In this document: in pieces, positions 36,344 through 46,316 of the stretch
Layout of the letters: each line of letters opens with the position of its first letter
Position numbering within the stretch: position 1 is the first letter of the stretch
Source: Candidatus Bipolaricaulota bacterium
Lineage (GTDB): Bacteria; Patescibacteriota; Patescibacteriia; UBA11705; DATKZF01
Direction: 5' to 3'
Length of the DNA stretch: 64,000 bases
NCBI GenBank assembly: GCA_035528115.1
Contig: DATKZF010000003.1
Location: forward strand, 551,089-615,088
The notes under the pieces: model-generated
Told to the model about the DNA's origin: nothing
The model's database searches: none
What the model saw: the letters and a program-made list of their open reading frames with translations, nothing else
Program-made: the position numbers and the translations under genes

Positions 36344-38194
36344 ATGAAAAAGAAAGAGCCAAGAGCAAAAATTTTATTAGGCGCTTTATTTTTGAGTATT
36401 GTTTTATTAACAATTGTTTTTTTGTTTCCATCGGGAACTTTTGCCCAGCAAGCGCAACTCGAAGCCGTAGGGCAGCAGGTCGGGTTTTTTGAGCAATCCT
36501 TACCCGTGGTTATCGGTAAAATTATCAGAATAGTCCTTTCAGTGGTCGGCGTTGTCTTGCTCGTTATTGTGATTTACGCCGGATTTTTATGGATGACGGC
36601 CGGAGGCAGTCCCGAACAAATAGAAAAGGCTAAAAAATGGCTGACCAACGGCGTGATCGGCTTGGTCATAATTTTATTTTCTTATTCAATAGTGACCTAC
36701 ATTATCAATCAACTGCTCGATGAAGGCGGCGTTTTCGGTTCGCCATCCACCTATTATGAAGGCTATGGACAAGGCGGCGGCGGCTGGGGAGGCGGCGCGC
36801 TGAGTGAAACAATCGAAGACCATTACCCCGGACGCGACGCGACCAATGTGCCGAGAAATACTTTTATAATGGTTAAGTTTTACGAACCGCTTAATCCTGA
36901 CAGCGTCAGGAGACAAGATACGTCGATGGATTGCGGCGATCAAGGTTACATTTGCGGTACGCTTAATTTCGACAACATAAAAATTTACAGAACCGAAGAC
37001 AGTGAGGAAGGTTCTTTTCCGACCGACTCCGCGACTTTGGTGCGCGGCGGCAAAGCGGCTTTGTCTCCCGATAAAAGAATATTTTTTTTCCAGCCCGATC
37101 CGGTGCTGGGTTCGGATACGGTGGACGTGAACTATTCGGTTTTTTTGACCAATGACATTCAAAAAGAGGATGGCTCCAAGATTTTCAGCAATAATAAAGA
37201 TTACGGTTGGAATTTCACCACGAGCACGGTCATTGATCTGACTCCTCCGCGAGTGGTCAGCGTATTGCCCAGTTCCAATAATCCGGAGTTTGAATTTTTC
37301 GCCAACAGTCTCATTCAAATCAATTTCAACGAACCCGTTTTGCCGCCCGCGGTTTTGAATACGGCCGGATCGGTGGAGGATAAAAGCAATTCCATTTATA
37401 TCGAATATGAAAAAGACGGCGCCGTAGGTTATGTCGAAGGCACATTCAATGTCGGTCTGAACCGATTTAAAACCATGGAATTTTTACCGGCGGCCGATTG
37501 CGAAAACTCCGGGCCCAATTCTTGCGGAGAAATCCCAAAATGCTTGCCCAAAGGCGCGACGATCAAGCCTTATATTCGAGCGGCCAGCGTCAACGCCGAA
37601 GGATTATCGTTCTTCCCGTTTGATGGTTTGGTGGACGCTGCCGGCAATTCGCTCGATGGCAATGCCGATGGGGTCGCGCAAGGACCGGCTGAAGATGATT
37701 ATTCTTGGCAATTTAAAACAGGCAGTATTTTGGATTTGCTGCCGCCGACGGTCAATTCGGTCTCGCCGCAAAACGCGGCCGAAGACCTGCCCGTTGACGT
37801 GGAACTTAAAGCGACGTTTTCCGAAAATCTCAGCGCTTCTTCGGTCAACAGCAGAACAGCTCTTTTGACGGGCGACGATTGGGCGCGCTGGTTCGTGGTT
37901 CATTTCGCGGACACGCCCGCGGGCGAGGACGGTCAGACGATCACCGACAGTTCGACGGTTCAAATCTCTCACGCCGATTTTGACAAAGCGCTGGAAGTGG
38001 AGGAGGGGCAAGAAGCCATTTCATTGAAATATTATCCGGTCTTAACGTCCGGAATAAAGGATTTACAGCAAAATTGTTATCAGCCGTGCAAAGATACTGG
38101 TTCTTGCGCCGGCGCCTTGCCCGGGCAGTCTTGTTGCCCTGATCCGGATTTCAATAATCAAAGACTTGTGCCCGGCTCGACTTGCCCGCAGTAA
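36344..38194 (+). CDS. Pilin-domain surface protein: N-terminal VirB2/TrbC-like (T4SS-pilin-type) domain plus Ig-like (SbsA/Big-type) domains and a Cys-rich C-terminus
   Basis: The N-terminus IIRIVLSVVGVVLLVIVIYAGFLWMTAGGSPEQIEKAKKWLTNGVIGLVIILFSYSIVTYIINQL is homologous to the 16383..16793 pilin. DLTPPRVVSVLPS and DLLPPTVNSVSPQ are Ig-like domain starts. Confidence 0.6.
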   Translation: MKKKEPRAKILLGALFLSIVLLTIVFLFPSGTFAQQAQLEAVGQQVGFFEQSLPVVIGKIIRIVLSVVGVVLLVIVIYAGFLWMTAGGSPEQIEKAKKWLTNGVIGLVIILFSYSIVTYIINQLLDEGGVFGSPSTYYEGYGQGGGGWGGGALSETIEDHYPGRDATNVPRNTFIMVKFYEPLNPDSVRRQDTSMDCGDQGYICGTLNFDNIKIYRTEDSEEGSFPTDSATLVRGGKAALSPDKRIFFFQPDPVLGSDTVDVNYSVFLTNDIQKEDGSKIFSNNKDYGWNFTTSTVIDLTPPRVVSVLPSSNNPEFEFFANSLIQINFNEPVLPPAVLNTAGSVEDKSNSIYIEYEKDGAVGYVEGTFNVGLNRFKTMEFLPAADCENSGPNSCGEIPKCLPKGATIKPYIRAASVNAEGLSFFPFDGLVDAAGNSLDGNADGVAQGPAEDDYSWQFKTGSILDLLPPTVNSVSPQNAAEDLPVDVELKATFSENLSASSVNSRTALLTGDDWARWFVVHFADTPAGEDGQTITDSSTVQISHADFDKALEVEEGQEAISLKYYPVLTSGIKDLQQNCYQPCKDTGSCAGALPGQSCCPDPDFNNQRLVPGSTCPQ

Positions 38195-38240
38195 TTATAA
38201 TTTCAAAAAAGTTTATCGATAGTGTAATTCGTCAAGGAAA

Positions 38241-41200
38241 ATGAAAACGTTTTTCAAAAACAAAAAAGTTCTTGTCATGCTGATCGCCTTTGTCGGGTTT
38301 TTGATTTGTTTTAATTTCGCGGCCGCGCAGTTTGACACGGGCTTGCAAACCGTGGGCGAGCAGGCCGGCATCGGAGCGACCACGGACGTCAGAGTGGCGA
38401 TCGCCAGAATCATCAGAACCGCTTTCGGTTTTCTGGGAGTGGTCGCGGTCGCCTTGGTCATTTATGGAGGATTTTTATGGATGACCGCCGGCGGAGACGC
38501 CGATAAAGTTACCAAAGCCAAAAAAGTGCTGGTCAACGCGTTTATAGGTTTGGCCATTATTCTTTTGGCTTTTTCGATCACCTCTTTTATCATCAACAGT
38601 TTGCAAGAAGCTGTTTTGGGTCAGCCGGGAGAATACGAATATGACGGCGGAGATGGAGGCGGCCCGAGCTCGTCGAGTTGCGGTTTTACGCCAAAGAGCG
38701 TTCAGCCGATCGGCGCGGTTTCTCTCAGAAATATTGTCGTGCGCGCGACCTTCAATGAAACCTTGGACGCAAATCTGGACGAACAAACATTGAAAAACAA
38801 TTTTGTCATTACCGATAAAGCGACCGGACAGACAGTCGACGGCGCGATCAGCGTCAATGGAAAAATTCTAGAATTCGAACCGAGCGCCGCGTGTCCCGAA
38901 CCCAATCAAGAAAGACACTGCTTTGACGCGGATACGATTTACAACGTGCAAATTCTGGCGGGCATAAAAAATAATCAGGGACAAGCTCGATCTTGCTGTC
39001 TGGGCAGCGTTTGTACCGCGGAATTTTCTTCCGGCAATTTAATCGATGTCGAGAATCCGACAATCAACATAATTTCGCCATACAACGGCCAGCAAATCAG
39101 CGAAAATATCATTTTCCCGCTTCAAGCTTTGACTCATGACGACAGTGGCGTGTCCATCGTGGAGTTTTTCGTTGACAAAAATTCGGCGGGAGCGGTTTCC
39201 CCGAGCGAAATTTCACCTAATTACAACGCCCAAGTCGATTGGGATAATTCGGGCTTTGAGCTTGGCTTGCACAGAATAGACGCCCGCGTTTTTGATCTGG
39301 ATTCCAATAAAACCGACGCGGCGTCCAAGCAAGTCAAAATTTTAGCAGAGCATTGTTTTAATTTGAGTCAAGATTTCGACGAAACGGGCATTGATTGCGG
39401 GGGCGCGGATTGCGGAGTTTGCGACGGTGAAGAATGCGACGGCGATCTGGATTGCGCCAGCGGCGTTTGCGTTGACAGTGTGTGCGTCAATTATCCGACC
39501 ATCACCGCTTTATCCAATGTTGAAGGAGCGATCGGCAACATGATTACGATCTGGGGTTATAATTTCGGCGAATATCAAAGCGGGGCCAGCAAAGTTGAAT
39601 TCACCGGTCCCAAACAAAGTTTGATCTCAGCCGAATTTTCCTGCGGCGCCGAGGGTTCCACTTGGTCCGAGCACAGCGTGGTGGTCAAGGTTCCGGAAGG
39701 TTCCGTTGACGGTCCGATAAAATTAACCAATGTTGACGGATACTGGGACAATACTGCAAACGATCGAGGCTTTTTGGGAGATTTTGTCATTAATCCCGAT
39801 CTTTTCTGGCCGGGCTTGTGCAGCGTCGTCAATCCGGACGGCAGGGCACTCGGCGAGTATGAAGATTCGGTGCTGGCTACCGGAGAAAACATGGGGCAGT
39901 CCGGCGAAGTCTTGTTCGGGAATATCAAAGCTCAGGTCACGGGCGCTTGGTCGTCTAATTCGATTTCAGGCATCAAGGTGCCCAATGTTTCCCCGAGCAA
40001 CATTTTGGTTAACGTGAAAACGGACGGTCAGCTCAGCAACCCCGTAAATTTTCAAGTGGTCTCTTCCAGCAAATTGCCGGAAATAATTTCGGTTAATCCC
40101 GAGACGGGCGGCATCGGCCAGTACACGACGATTTCGGGTAGAAATTTCGGAGATAATCCCAATTTATATCAAGTTTATTTCATCAATAAATCAAATGACA
40201 GCATCAGAGTGCCGGCCGACTTGAATTTTCCGCCCGAATGCGCGGAGAGCCTCTGGAGCGACACCGAAGTCTTGGTTAAAGTGCCGCAGACAAATTTGTT
40301 GGGCGAATATTCCGTGCAAATGATTGGTCAAGAAGCTCAAAGCAACAAAGTGAATTTTCTGATCTCGGACGCGTCGGCCAGTCCGGGAATTTGCGGGCTT
40401 GATCCGGACAACGGTCCGGTGGGCACATCGGTGAATGTTTACGGCGAAGGTTTTCGAAGCGAAGGAGTTTTAACTTTCAATGAAAATAAAAAGGCTCAAC
40501 AATTAAATTTGACCGCCAATTTGATCGCCACGGGAGTGCCCCCGGCCTCTGTTTCCGGTCCGGTTAATTTCGCGCTTGAAAACTTGATCAGCAACGGCAT
40601 GGTTTTTAATGTAGGCAGCTGCACGTCCGTGTCTTGCGACGCGGGCGATGAATGCTGCGTTGACGGAGTTTGCCGTTTGTCGGGCGCTTGCGAAACGAGT
40701 CTGATCGCGGCCAAGTGCGAGTATTCTTGGATGCTGAGCACGGACAAATTGCCGCTGGTGCCCAGAGTGCTGGAAACCATGTCTTGCGACGACGAGCACA
40801 ATCAGTCGCCGTCTCCGTGGAAAGATTCATCAGACGCTTGTGTCAACGCCTTGATCTCGGCTCAATTCAACATGCCCGTCAAAATGGACGCCATTGCCGA
40901 TAAATTAATTATCAAACGTTGCTCTTTGCAAAATGAAGTTTGCGATTTCAATAAGTGCGGACAGGAAGGCTCGAATTGCGTTTTTGAAATCCCGAGTTCG
41001 ATCGAAACGGCCGGTTCTTTGAGCGATCGATTCGCGGCCATTGTCGAGTCTTTGCCCGGAGGGGGAGATGAGAGCAATTTGATTTCCAATACTTGGCATC
41101 AAGTGACCATCAAAGGCGGGGTTAGCGGCATCAGAGGGGAAAACGACACACCCATGCCGGTCAATTACGTTTGGCAATTCAAGACCAAAGATGGTCCGTG

Positions 41201-44200
41201 CGAGCCGGTCAATGTGATCGTCGAACCGACCGCCGGCATAATTTCAGAATATTTGGGTCAATTGAATTATACGGTTTACGGCCAGGCCGAGAATTGCAAC
41301 ATCCTTAAGACGGGCTTTGATTGGAGCTGGGTGATTGATCGAAATCAAGATAAGGCTTCGATAGAAGACATCTCAAATGACAAATCCCAGGTTACCGGTT
41401 TGGCGGAGACCGAACCGGCCGATCCGGTCGTGGTCAGAGCGTCCACCGTGTCCGTTGATGGGGTGACTCAGCAAGACAGCGCTCCTTTGAAAATTGATTT
41501 TACTGATCCGAAAGTCAAGTCATTCGGTCCGAATTGCCAAGCGGCTTGCGTCAATACCGCTGTCTTCTCGACTTTCAATACTTACATGAACGCGGACTCC
41601 GTAAAAAAGAATTTTCAGATTTTCAAATGTCAGGGACAGCAATGCCTGGGCTTGACCGCAATTTCTCCGAATAATTTTACTTTTGAATATAATGATCTCG
41701 ACAAGACTCTCTGGGTTTTCGGACAAGCCGGCAAAACCCCATATTATTTTTCACCCAACAGCTATTATCGGGTGGTGATCGGCAGCCGATCAGAGAGTTT
41801 AAGCGGCGTCGAGCTTACCGGTTTGAATTTTGACCGCAATGACGACGGCAAAAATGACGCTTTTTCATGGACATTCAAAACAAAAAATGATAATACGCGT
41901 TGCGACTTGGAAACCGCTGTCGTGAATCCTGATTTTTATGAAAGCACCACACAGGGGGAGAAAGTCCAATACCTCGTTTCGGCCAAAGGCACGCCGGATG
42001 AGTGCAACCCCAGCGGCCAGACTTTGAATCCGTTCGAGTTCGATTGGGTTTGGTCGGTATTAAATCCTGGTTCTTGGGTTGTGGCCAGTATCACTCACGC
42101 CTTGCATTCCACCGATTTTCCGAGCGAGATCTGCTCGAGTAATTGTTTGAATCTGGGCAGTGATCCTTTTGCCGCGGTTTGCGGCAACGGCGCGCAGGAA
42201 TACGGCGAGGAATGCGATAATCAAGGAGTGTGCTCGGGAGATGAAGGCACCGATTGTTCTTCCAATGCGGATTGTTCCATTGTTGGAGGAGTCTGCGAGC
42301 CAAAAGACGGGGACGGTTGCAGCATTGATTGTTTGAACGAATCCGTGCCGGCTGTCAGCGACGGGGGATCTTGCGGTAATGGCGTCAGGGAAGGGACGAG
42401 AATAATCGATGGTATAACTTATCATGAAGAATGCGATCCGGCCGTTGATCCGGATATCTGCACCGCCGGTTGCCAATTGGCGGGTTCGGATGTTAGCGGT
42501 TTTGTCTGCGGCAACGGCCAAAAAGAAGCGGGTGAAGATTGCGATGACGGCAATGCTTCAAACGGCGATGGTTGCTCGAATATCTGCTTGTTTGAAGGAT
42601 CGAAATATTCCGTGGCCCAGATTATTGAAACTCCGCTTTGCGGCAATGCCGATGTTGAGCCGGGTGAAGACTGCGATGACGGTAATTTATTGTCCGGCGA
42701 CGGCTGCTCGCCCCGATGTTTGGCCGAAGGCAATGCCGAACAGTGCGGCAACGGCATTATCAATATCGGAGAAAACTGCGATGATGGAAATAATGATTCC
42801 GGCGACGGATGTTCGGCTGTTTGTTTGGCCGAAGGTTCCGACTGGGACATCGGATCTTATTGCGGAAACGGTTTTCCATTGGAAGTCGGCGAAACTTGCG
42901 AAGCCAAGCAAAGCTCGGATTTTCAAGGCTCGCCCAAGCAATTGGTGACCGTCGATGGCAATATCGATCCTTTTATAATGAGCGAGTCCGCGGAAATTAA
43001 AGCGATGACCGATAATTTCGCGGGCACGAGGGTATCCGGCAGCGGCGAGCTGGCTTTTACCAGAACGTTTTGCGAAAGCGTGCCCGTCGAATCTCCGTAT
43101 CCGATTGTCGGACCGACCGGCAGCGATGTCTGTCGCAATTCGGCCATTCAGATTAAATTGAATCAGCAAATCAAACAATCCAGTTTGAGCTCCGGCATCA
43201 GCGTCACCTATGATTGCGGTCAGACTTCATTGCTTTCCAAAATTAAAAAATTAGTCATTAAAAAAATAAAATATCGTTTGGAAATTTTAGCCGTGGCGAA
43301 AATAAAAGTGAAAAATTATTTTGTAAAACCGGCTAATGCTCAGCGAAAAGGCGAAGAAGAAACCTTTACACAGACGACTTTCGAAAGCGTGGTCCTGGAT
43401 TACCACCGGCCGGACAATTCAAATGTTTGGTTGTTGGTTCGGTTCGGATCCAGCTTGGTTTTGGCTACGGTTAATAAAGATAGCGTCAGTCCGGAGGTTT
43501 GGACCGTGGCTGAAAAGTACGCCGAAACCGGCTCGATTGTGCTGATCTCAGGGTTATTGTCCAATACCCCCGATAGTAAAGGCTATTTGCCCATGGCTGT
43601 CGATAATTTGCAAATTATTGAGGCCGAAGAGCCGCCGGCGCTGGGAAGCTCGGGCGTCTGTAAATTGTCGATTAAAAAAATCAGCGTCGTGTATAACGAA
43701 GAATTGAGAGAAAGCTCTATTACCATATTCCCTGATGGTTTGCTCGCGCCAAACACCAAATACACGGTGGACTTTTCCGGTTTGCAAGATCATTGCGGAG
43801 AATCGATCTCCGGCGATATTTTCGAATTCACCACCGGACCGGAGGCTAAGATATGTAAAATGGATTACGTGGAAATCACCCCGGATTATCAAGTGGTGAG
43901 CAAACGTTTTGGCGACGCGGAATACGCGCCCGTGGATTTTCAAGCCAATGCCGGAAGTTATGAGTTGGCTAATTCTTCGCTCAATCCGGTGCCAGGCGTT
44001 TACGCTTGGGATTGGACGTGGAATATGAATTCCGAGCCCGGAGGTTTGGATGTGTCGTTGTTTGATAAAGCCGGAGACGCGACCGGGGCGAATCCCGAGG
44101 ACGATGATCAAAAGAGCCTGCAGACCGGAGTGTCAAACGGCGAAGTCGAAGTGGATGCCATCGCCACCGTGACCGATAGCGAATTCGGCGATTTGGATAA

Positions 44201-45320
44201 AGAATTCGGAGGCGCGGCCAATGTCATCATTTATCTTTGCGAAAATATTTGGACCGGCACTTTGACGGACGGAGGTTTTTGGCGGGACAGCGATTTCGCT
44301 TTCAGGACTTTTTATTGTCGCGACGCGGGCAATCCCGGAGAAACGGATGATTTGCCCAATTTGAAAATAGTTCAGGCGCCGCCGCTCGATATTCCGACTG
44401 ACGCTTGGAGCCAAGACGATAGCGCCGTGCTTCGAGAGTATTTCATGCTCAGAGAAGATAATTTGACGCCGGACGCCATTGCCATGAGAATTTACACCAA
44501 TCCGGAAGGCGTATCTCCGGCCATTTGGTATGATTTGCATGTGCCCAATCCGGGCAGCACTCAGAATATCAGCATTGATTGCTCGACCGAATACAACAAT
44601 AATGCGAAAGCTTGCTATCCCGGCATTCAAGACGGTCGAACCGTCTATTTGTCAGCGGCCAATCAAATTACGGTTTATGTCAATTACGGTTGTTATTTTA
44701 TTCACGGAAAGCAGTATTGCCGTACTTTGGCTGTGGGAGACTCCATTTATCACAATATTTACGTGTTGTCATATAGCGAAAACGCCAATCCGGAAACTTT
44801 ATCCATTTACAGTCAGCTTTTGAATAATTTGAAATTCAATTATTTTGACAGCAGCATGGTCAAGGCCAGCCTGAAGAGAGACACGCAGAGAATGCATGAT
44901 ATTGTTTTCATTCGCAGTTTGATTAAAAATTATATTCAAAAAAACGGTCGTTTGCCTTTGCTCGATGAAACCGGAAGCTATGTGCCGGGCACTTATGTCA
45001 ATGGTCAATCAATCAGCGCTTGGCCGTCTTGGACCACCGTTTTAAGCAACCTCTTGGGTTCTCCCTTGCCGATAGATCCGCAGAACGGATTTAACGGCAC
45101 CTGTCCGGCCAATTACGATCAAGACACTTGTTTCAACGAACAGCTGGACGAAAAGTTTTATAACGAATACGATAAGAGTGTGGCGCAGGTTTACGATTAC
45201 AGTCTGGATCCGGATTCGCCGAGCGGCTATAATCTCTCGGTTAATTTTGAAACGGTAGTGCCCGAAGCCAAGAGATATCCGGCCATTTGTGTTAATTTGC
45301 AGGAGATTGATTGTCATTGA
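38241..45320 (+). CDS. Giant (2359 aa) surface protein: N-terminal VirB2/TrbC-like pilin domain, three IPT/TIG domains, about five Myxococcus-type cysteine-rich repeats, and a large uncharacterised C-terminal region
   Basis: The N-terminus IARIIRTAFGFLGVVAVALVIYGGFLWMTAGGDADKVTKAKKVLVNAFIGLAIILLAFSITSFIINSL is homologous to the other pilin-domain proteins. IPT domains include PTITALSNVEGAIGNMITIWGYNFG. The cysteine-rich repeats are of the form CGNG..E.GE.CDDGN...GDGCS..C. Confidence 0.7.
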   Translation: MKTFFKNKKVLVMLIAFVGFLICFNFAAAQFDTGLQTVGEQAGIGATTDVRVAIARIIRTAFGFLGVVAVALVIYGGFLWMTAGGDADKVTKAKKVLVNAFIGLAIILLAFSITSFIINSLQEAVLGQPGEYEYDGGDGGGPSSSSCGFTPKSVQPIGAVSLRNIVVRATFNETLDANLDEQTLKNNFVITDKATGQTVDGAISVNGKILEFEPSAACPEPNQERHCFDADTIYNVQILAGIKNNQGQARSCCLGSVCTAEFSSGNLIDVENPTINIISPYNGQQISENIIFPLQALTHDDSGVSIVEFFVDKNSAGAVSPSEISPNYNAQVDWDNSGFELGLHRIDARVFDLDSNKTDAASKQVKILAEHCFNLSQDFDETGIDCGGADCGVCDGEECDGDLDCASGVCVDSVCVNYPTITALSNVEGAIGNMITIWGYNFGEYQSGASKVEFTGPKQSLISAEFSCGAEGSTWSEHSVVVKVPEGSVDGPIKLTNVDGYWDNTANDRGFLGDFVINPDLFWPGLCSVVNPDGRALGEYEDSVLATGENMGQSGEVLFGNIKAQVTGAWSSNSISGIKVPNVSPSNILVNVKTDGQLSNPVNFQVVSSSKLPEIISVNPETGGIGQYTTISGRNFGDNPNLYQVYFINKSNDSIRVPADLNFPPECAESLWSDTEVLVKVPQTNLLGEYSVQMIGQEAQSNKVNFLISDASASPGICGLDPDNGPVGTSVNVYGEGFRSEGVLTFNENKKAQQLNLTANLIATGVPPASVSGPVNFALENLISNGMVFNVGSCTSVSCDAGDECCVDGVCRLSGACETSLIAAKCEYSWMLSTDKLPLVPRVLETMSCDDEHNQSPSPWKDSSDACVNALISAQFNMPVKMDAIADKLIIKRCSLQNEVCDFNKCGQEGSNCVFEIPSSIETAGSLSDRFAAIVESLPGGGDESNLISNTWHQVTIKGGVSGIRGENDTPMPVNYVWQFKTKDGPCEPVNVIVEPTAGIISEYLGQLNYTVYGQAENCNILKTGFDWSWVIDRNQDKASIEDISNDKSQVTGLAETEPADPVVVRASTVSVDGVTQQDSAPLKIDFTDPKVKSFGPNCQAACVNTAVFSTFNTYMNADSVKKNFQIFKCQGQQCLGLTAISPNNFTFEYNDLDKTLWVFGQAGKTPYYFSPNSYYRVVIGSRSESLSGVELTGLNFDRNDDGKNDAFSWTFKTKNDNTRCDLETAVVNPDFYESTTQGEKVQYLVSAKGTPDECNPSGQTLNPFEFDWVWSVLNPGSWVVASITHALHSTDFPSEICSSNCLNLGSDPFAAVCGNGAQEYGEECDNQGVCSGDEGTDCSSNADCSIVGGVCEPKDGDGCSIDCLNESVPAVSDGGSCGNGVREGTRIIDGITYHEECDPAVDPDICTAGCQLAGSDVSGFVCGNGQKEAGEDCDDGNASNGDGCSNICLFEGSKYSVAQIIETPLCGNADVEPGEDCDDGNLLSGDGCSPRCLAEGNAEQCGNGIINIGENCDDGNNDSGDGCSAVCLAEGSDWDIGSYCGNGFPLEVGETCEAKQSSDFQGSPKQLVTVDGNIDPFIMSESAEIKAMTDNFAGTRVSGSGELAFTRTFCESVPVESPYPIVGPTGSDVCRNSAIQIKLNQQIKQSSLSSGISVTYDCGQTSLLSKIKKLVIKKIKYRLEILAVAKIKVKNYFVKPANAQRKGEEETFTQTTFESVVLDYHRPDNSNVWLLVRFGSSLVLATVNKDSVSPEVWTVAEKYAETGSIVLISGLLSNTPDSKGYLPMAVDNLQIIEAEEPPALGSSGVCKLSIKKISVVYNEELRESSITIFPDGLLAPNTKYTVDFSGLQDHCGESISGDIFEFTTGPEAKICKMDYVEITPDYQVVSKRFGDAEYAPVDFQANAGSYELANSSLNPVPGVYAWDWTWNMNSEPGGLDVSLFDKAGDATGANPEDDDQKSLQTGVSNGEVEVDAIATVTDSEFGDLDKEFGGAANVIIYLCENIWTGTLTDGGFWRDSDFAFRTFYCRDAGNPGETDDLPNLKIVQAPPLDIPTDAWSQDDSAVLREYFMLREDNLTPDAIAMRIYTNPEGVSPAIWYDLHVPNPGSTQNISIDCSTEYNNNAKACYPGIQDGRTVYLSAANQITVYVNYGCYFIHGKQYCRTLAVGDSIYHNIYVLSYSENANPETLSIYSQLLNNLKFNYFDSSMVKASLKRDTQRMHDIVFIRSLIKNYIQKNGRLPLLDETGSYVPGTYVNGQSISAWPSWTTVLSNLLGSPLPIDPQNGFNGTCPANYDQDTCFNEQLDEKFYNEYDKSVAQVYDYSLDPDSPSGYNLSVNFETVVPEAKRYPAICVNLQEIDCH

Positions 45321-45412
45321 TAAATCATGGATCATGTATCATGTATCATGAAACATGAATCATAAAACATAAAGAACAGAAAGACAGAAAAACAAAGAAA
45401 CAAGGTCGCCGC

Positions 45413-45479
45413 TGTTGTCATCTCGACCGAAGTCGTCCGAAGCCGCGGCGAAGGATGACGAAGCGGAGAGATCTTTTCC
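45413..45479 (+). repeat. GC-rich element, A-C copy (lacks the B module)
   Basis: tgttgtcatctcgacc followed by gaagtcgtccgaagccgcggcgaaggatgacgaagcggagagatcttttcc. Confidence 0.65.
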
Positions 45480-45611
45480 TAAATCTTCGGAATAGACTTC
45501 TCCAGCCCCAATTTCCAGTTTCTAGTTTCCGGTTTCAAATATCAATTCCCCAGTTTCTGATTTCAGGTTTCCGATTACCCATTACTTTTTACTAATAAAA
45601 ATAAAAAATGT

Positions 45612-46277
45612 ATGCCAGAAGCATCAACTAACTCGCCAGCCGCTTCCGAGCAGCCAAAGGATATATTCGCGGAAATAGATCATTCGGCGCCGGTCCCGGC
45701 TTCAAATAGCATGTCTCCCGCGGCGCCGCCCGCCAAAATGGCCGCGCCCGGCAAAGCGAATGGGGGAAAAAAGATTTTAGTCATTTTTTTAATGATCATA
45801 TTTTTGGCGATTGTCATAGTTATCGGATATGTTGTTTATGACAGATATTTGGCTGTGCCGGAAACAGCCGTAACTCCCATAAAAAATCAGATACCGATAG
45901 CGCCTCCAGCGACCCCAACCCCGACGCCGACCCAACCGACGGTTGTGCCGGAGGCGGCCACTGTGGAAACGACAGTTGTTTTGCCGGTGGCCACGCCTTC
46001 CGCCACGGTTAATCAAATTGATACGGATAATGATCGGCTGAGCGATAGCGAAGAAAAGATAATAGGTACGGATCCCGAAGCCGTTGACAGCGACAAGGAC
46101 TCTTTGACGGATTATGAAGAGGTTAAAATATATAAGACGGATCCGCTGGATCCGGATTCGGATGATGACGGTTATAAAGACGGCGAGGAAGTTTCCGGCG
46201 GTTATGATCCTCTAAATCCCGCCGCCGGCGCCAAGTTGTCCGGATTGCCGTCGGTTTTACCTTCAGCCGTTGAATAA
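45612..46277 (+). CDS. Membrane-anchored protein with thrombospondin type-3-like Ca-binding repeats
   Basis: TM helix, a PT-rich linker, then DTDNDRLSDSEE, DSDKDSLTDYEE and DPDSDDDGYKDGEE repeats. Confidence 0.5.
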   Translation: MPEASTNSPAASEQPKDIFAEIDHSAPVPASNSMSPAAPPAKMAAPGKANGGKKILVIFLMIIFLAIVIVIGYVVYDRYLAVPETAVTPIKNQIPIAPPATPTPTPTQPTVVPEAATVETTVVLPVATPSATVNQIDTDNDRLSDSEEKIIGTDPEAVDSDKDSLTDYEEVKIYKTDPLDPDSDDDGYKDGEEVSGGYDPLNPAAGAKLSGLPSVLPSAVE

Positions 46278-46316
46278 ATAATTGGGGAGGGAAGAATATA
46301 CATAATTTAGAATACT

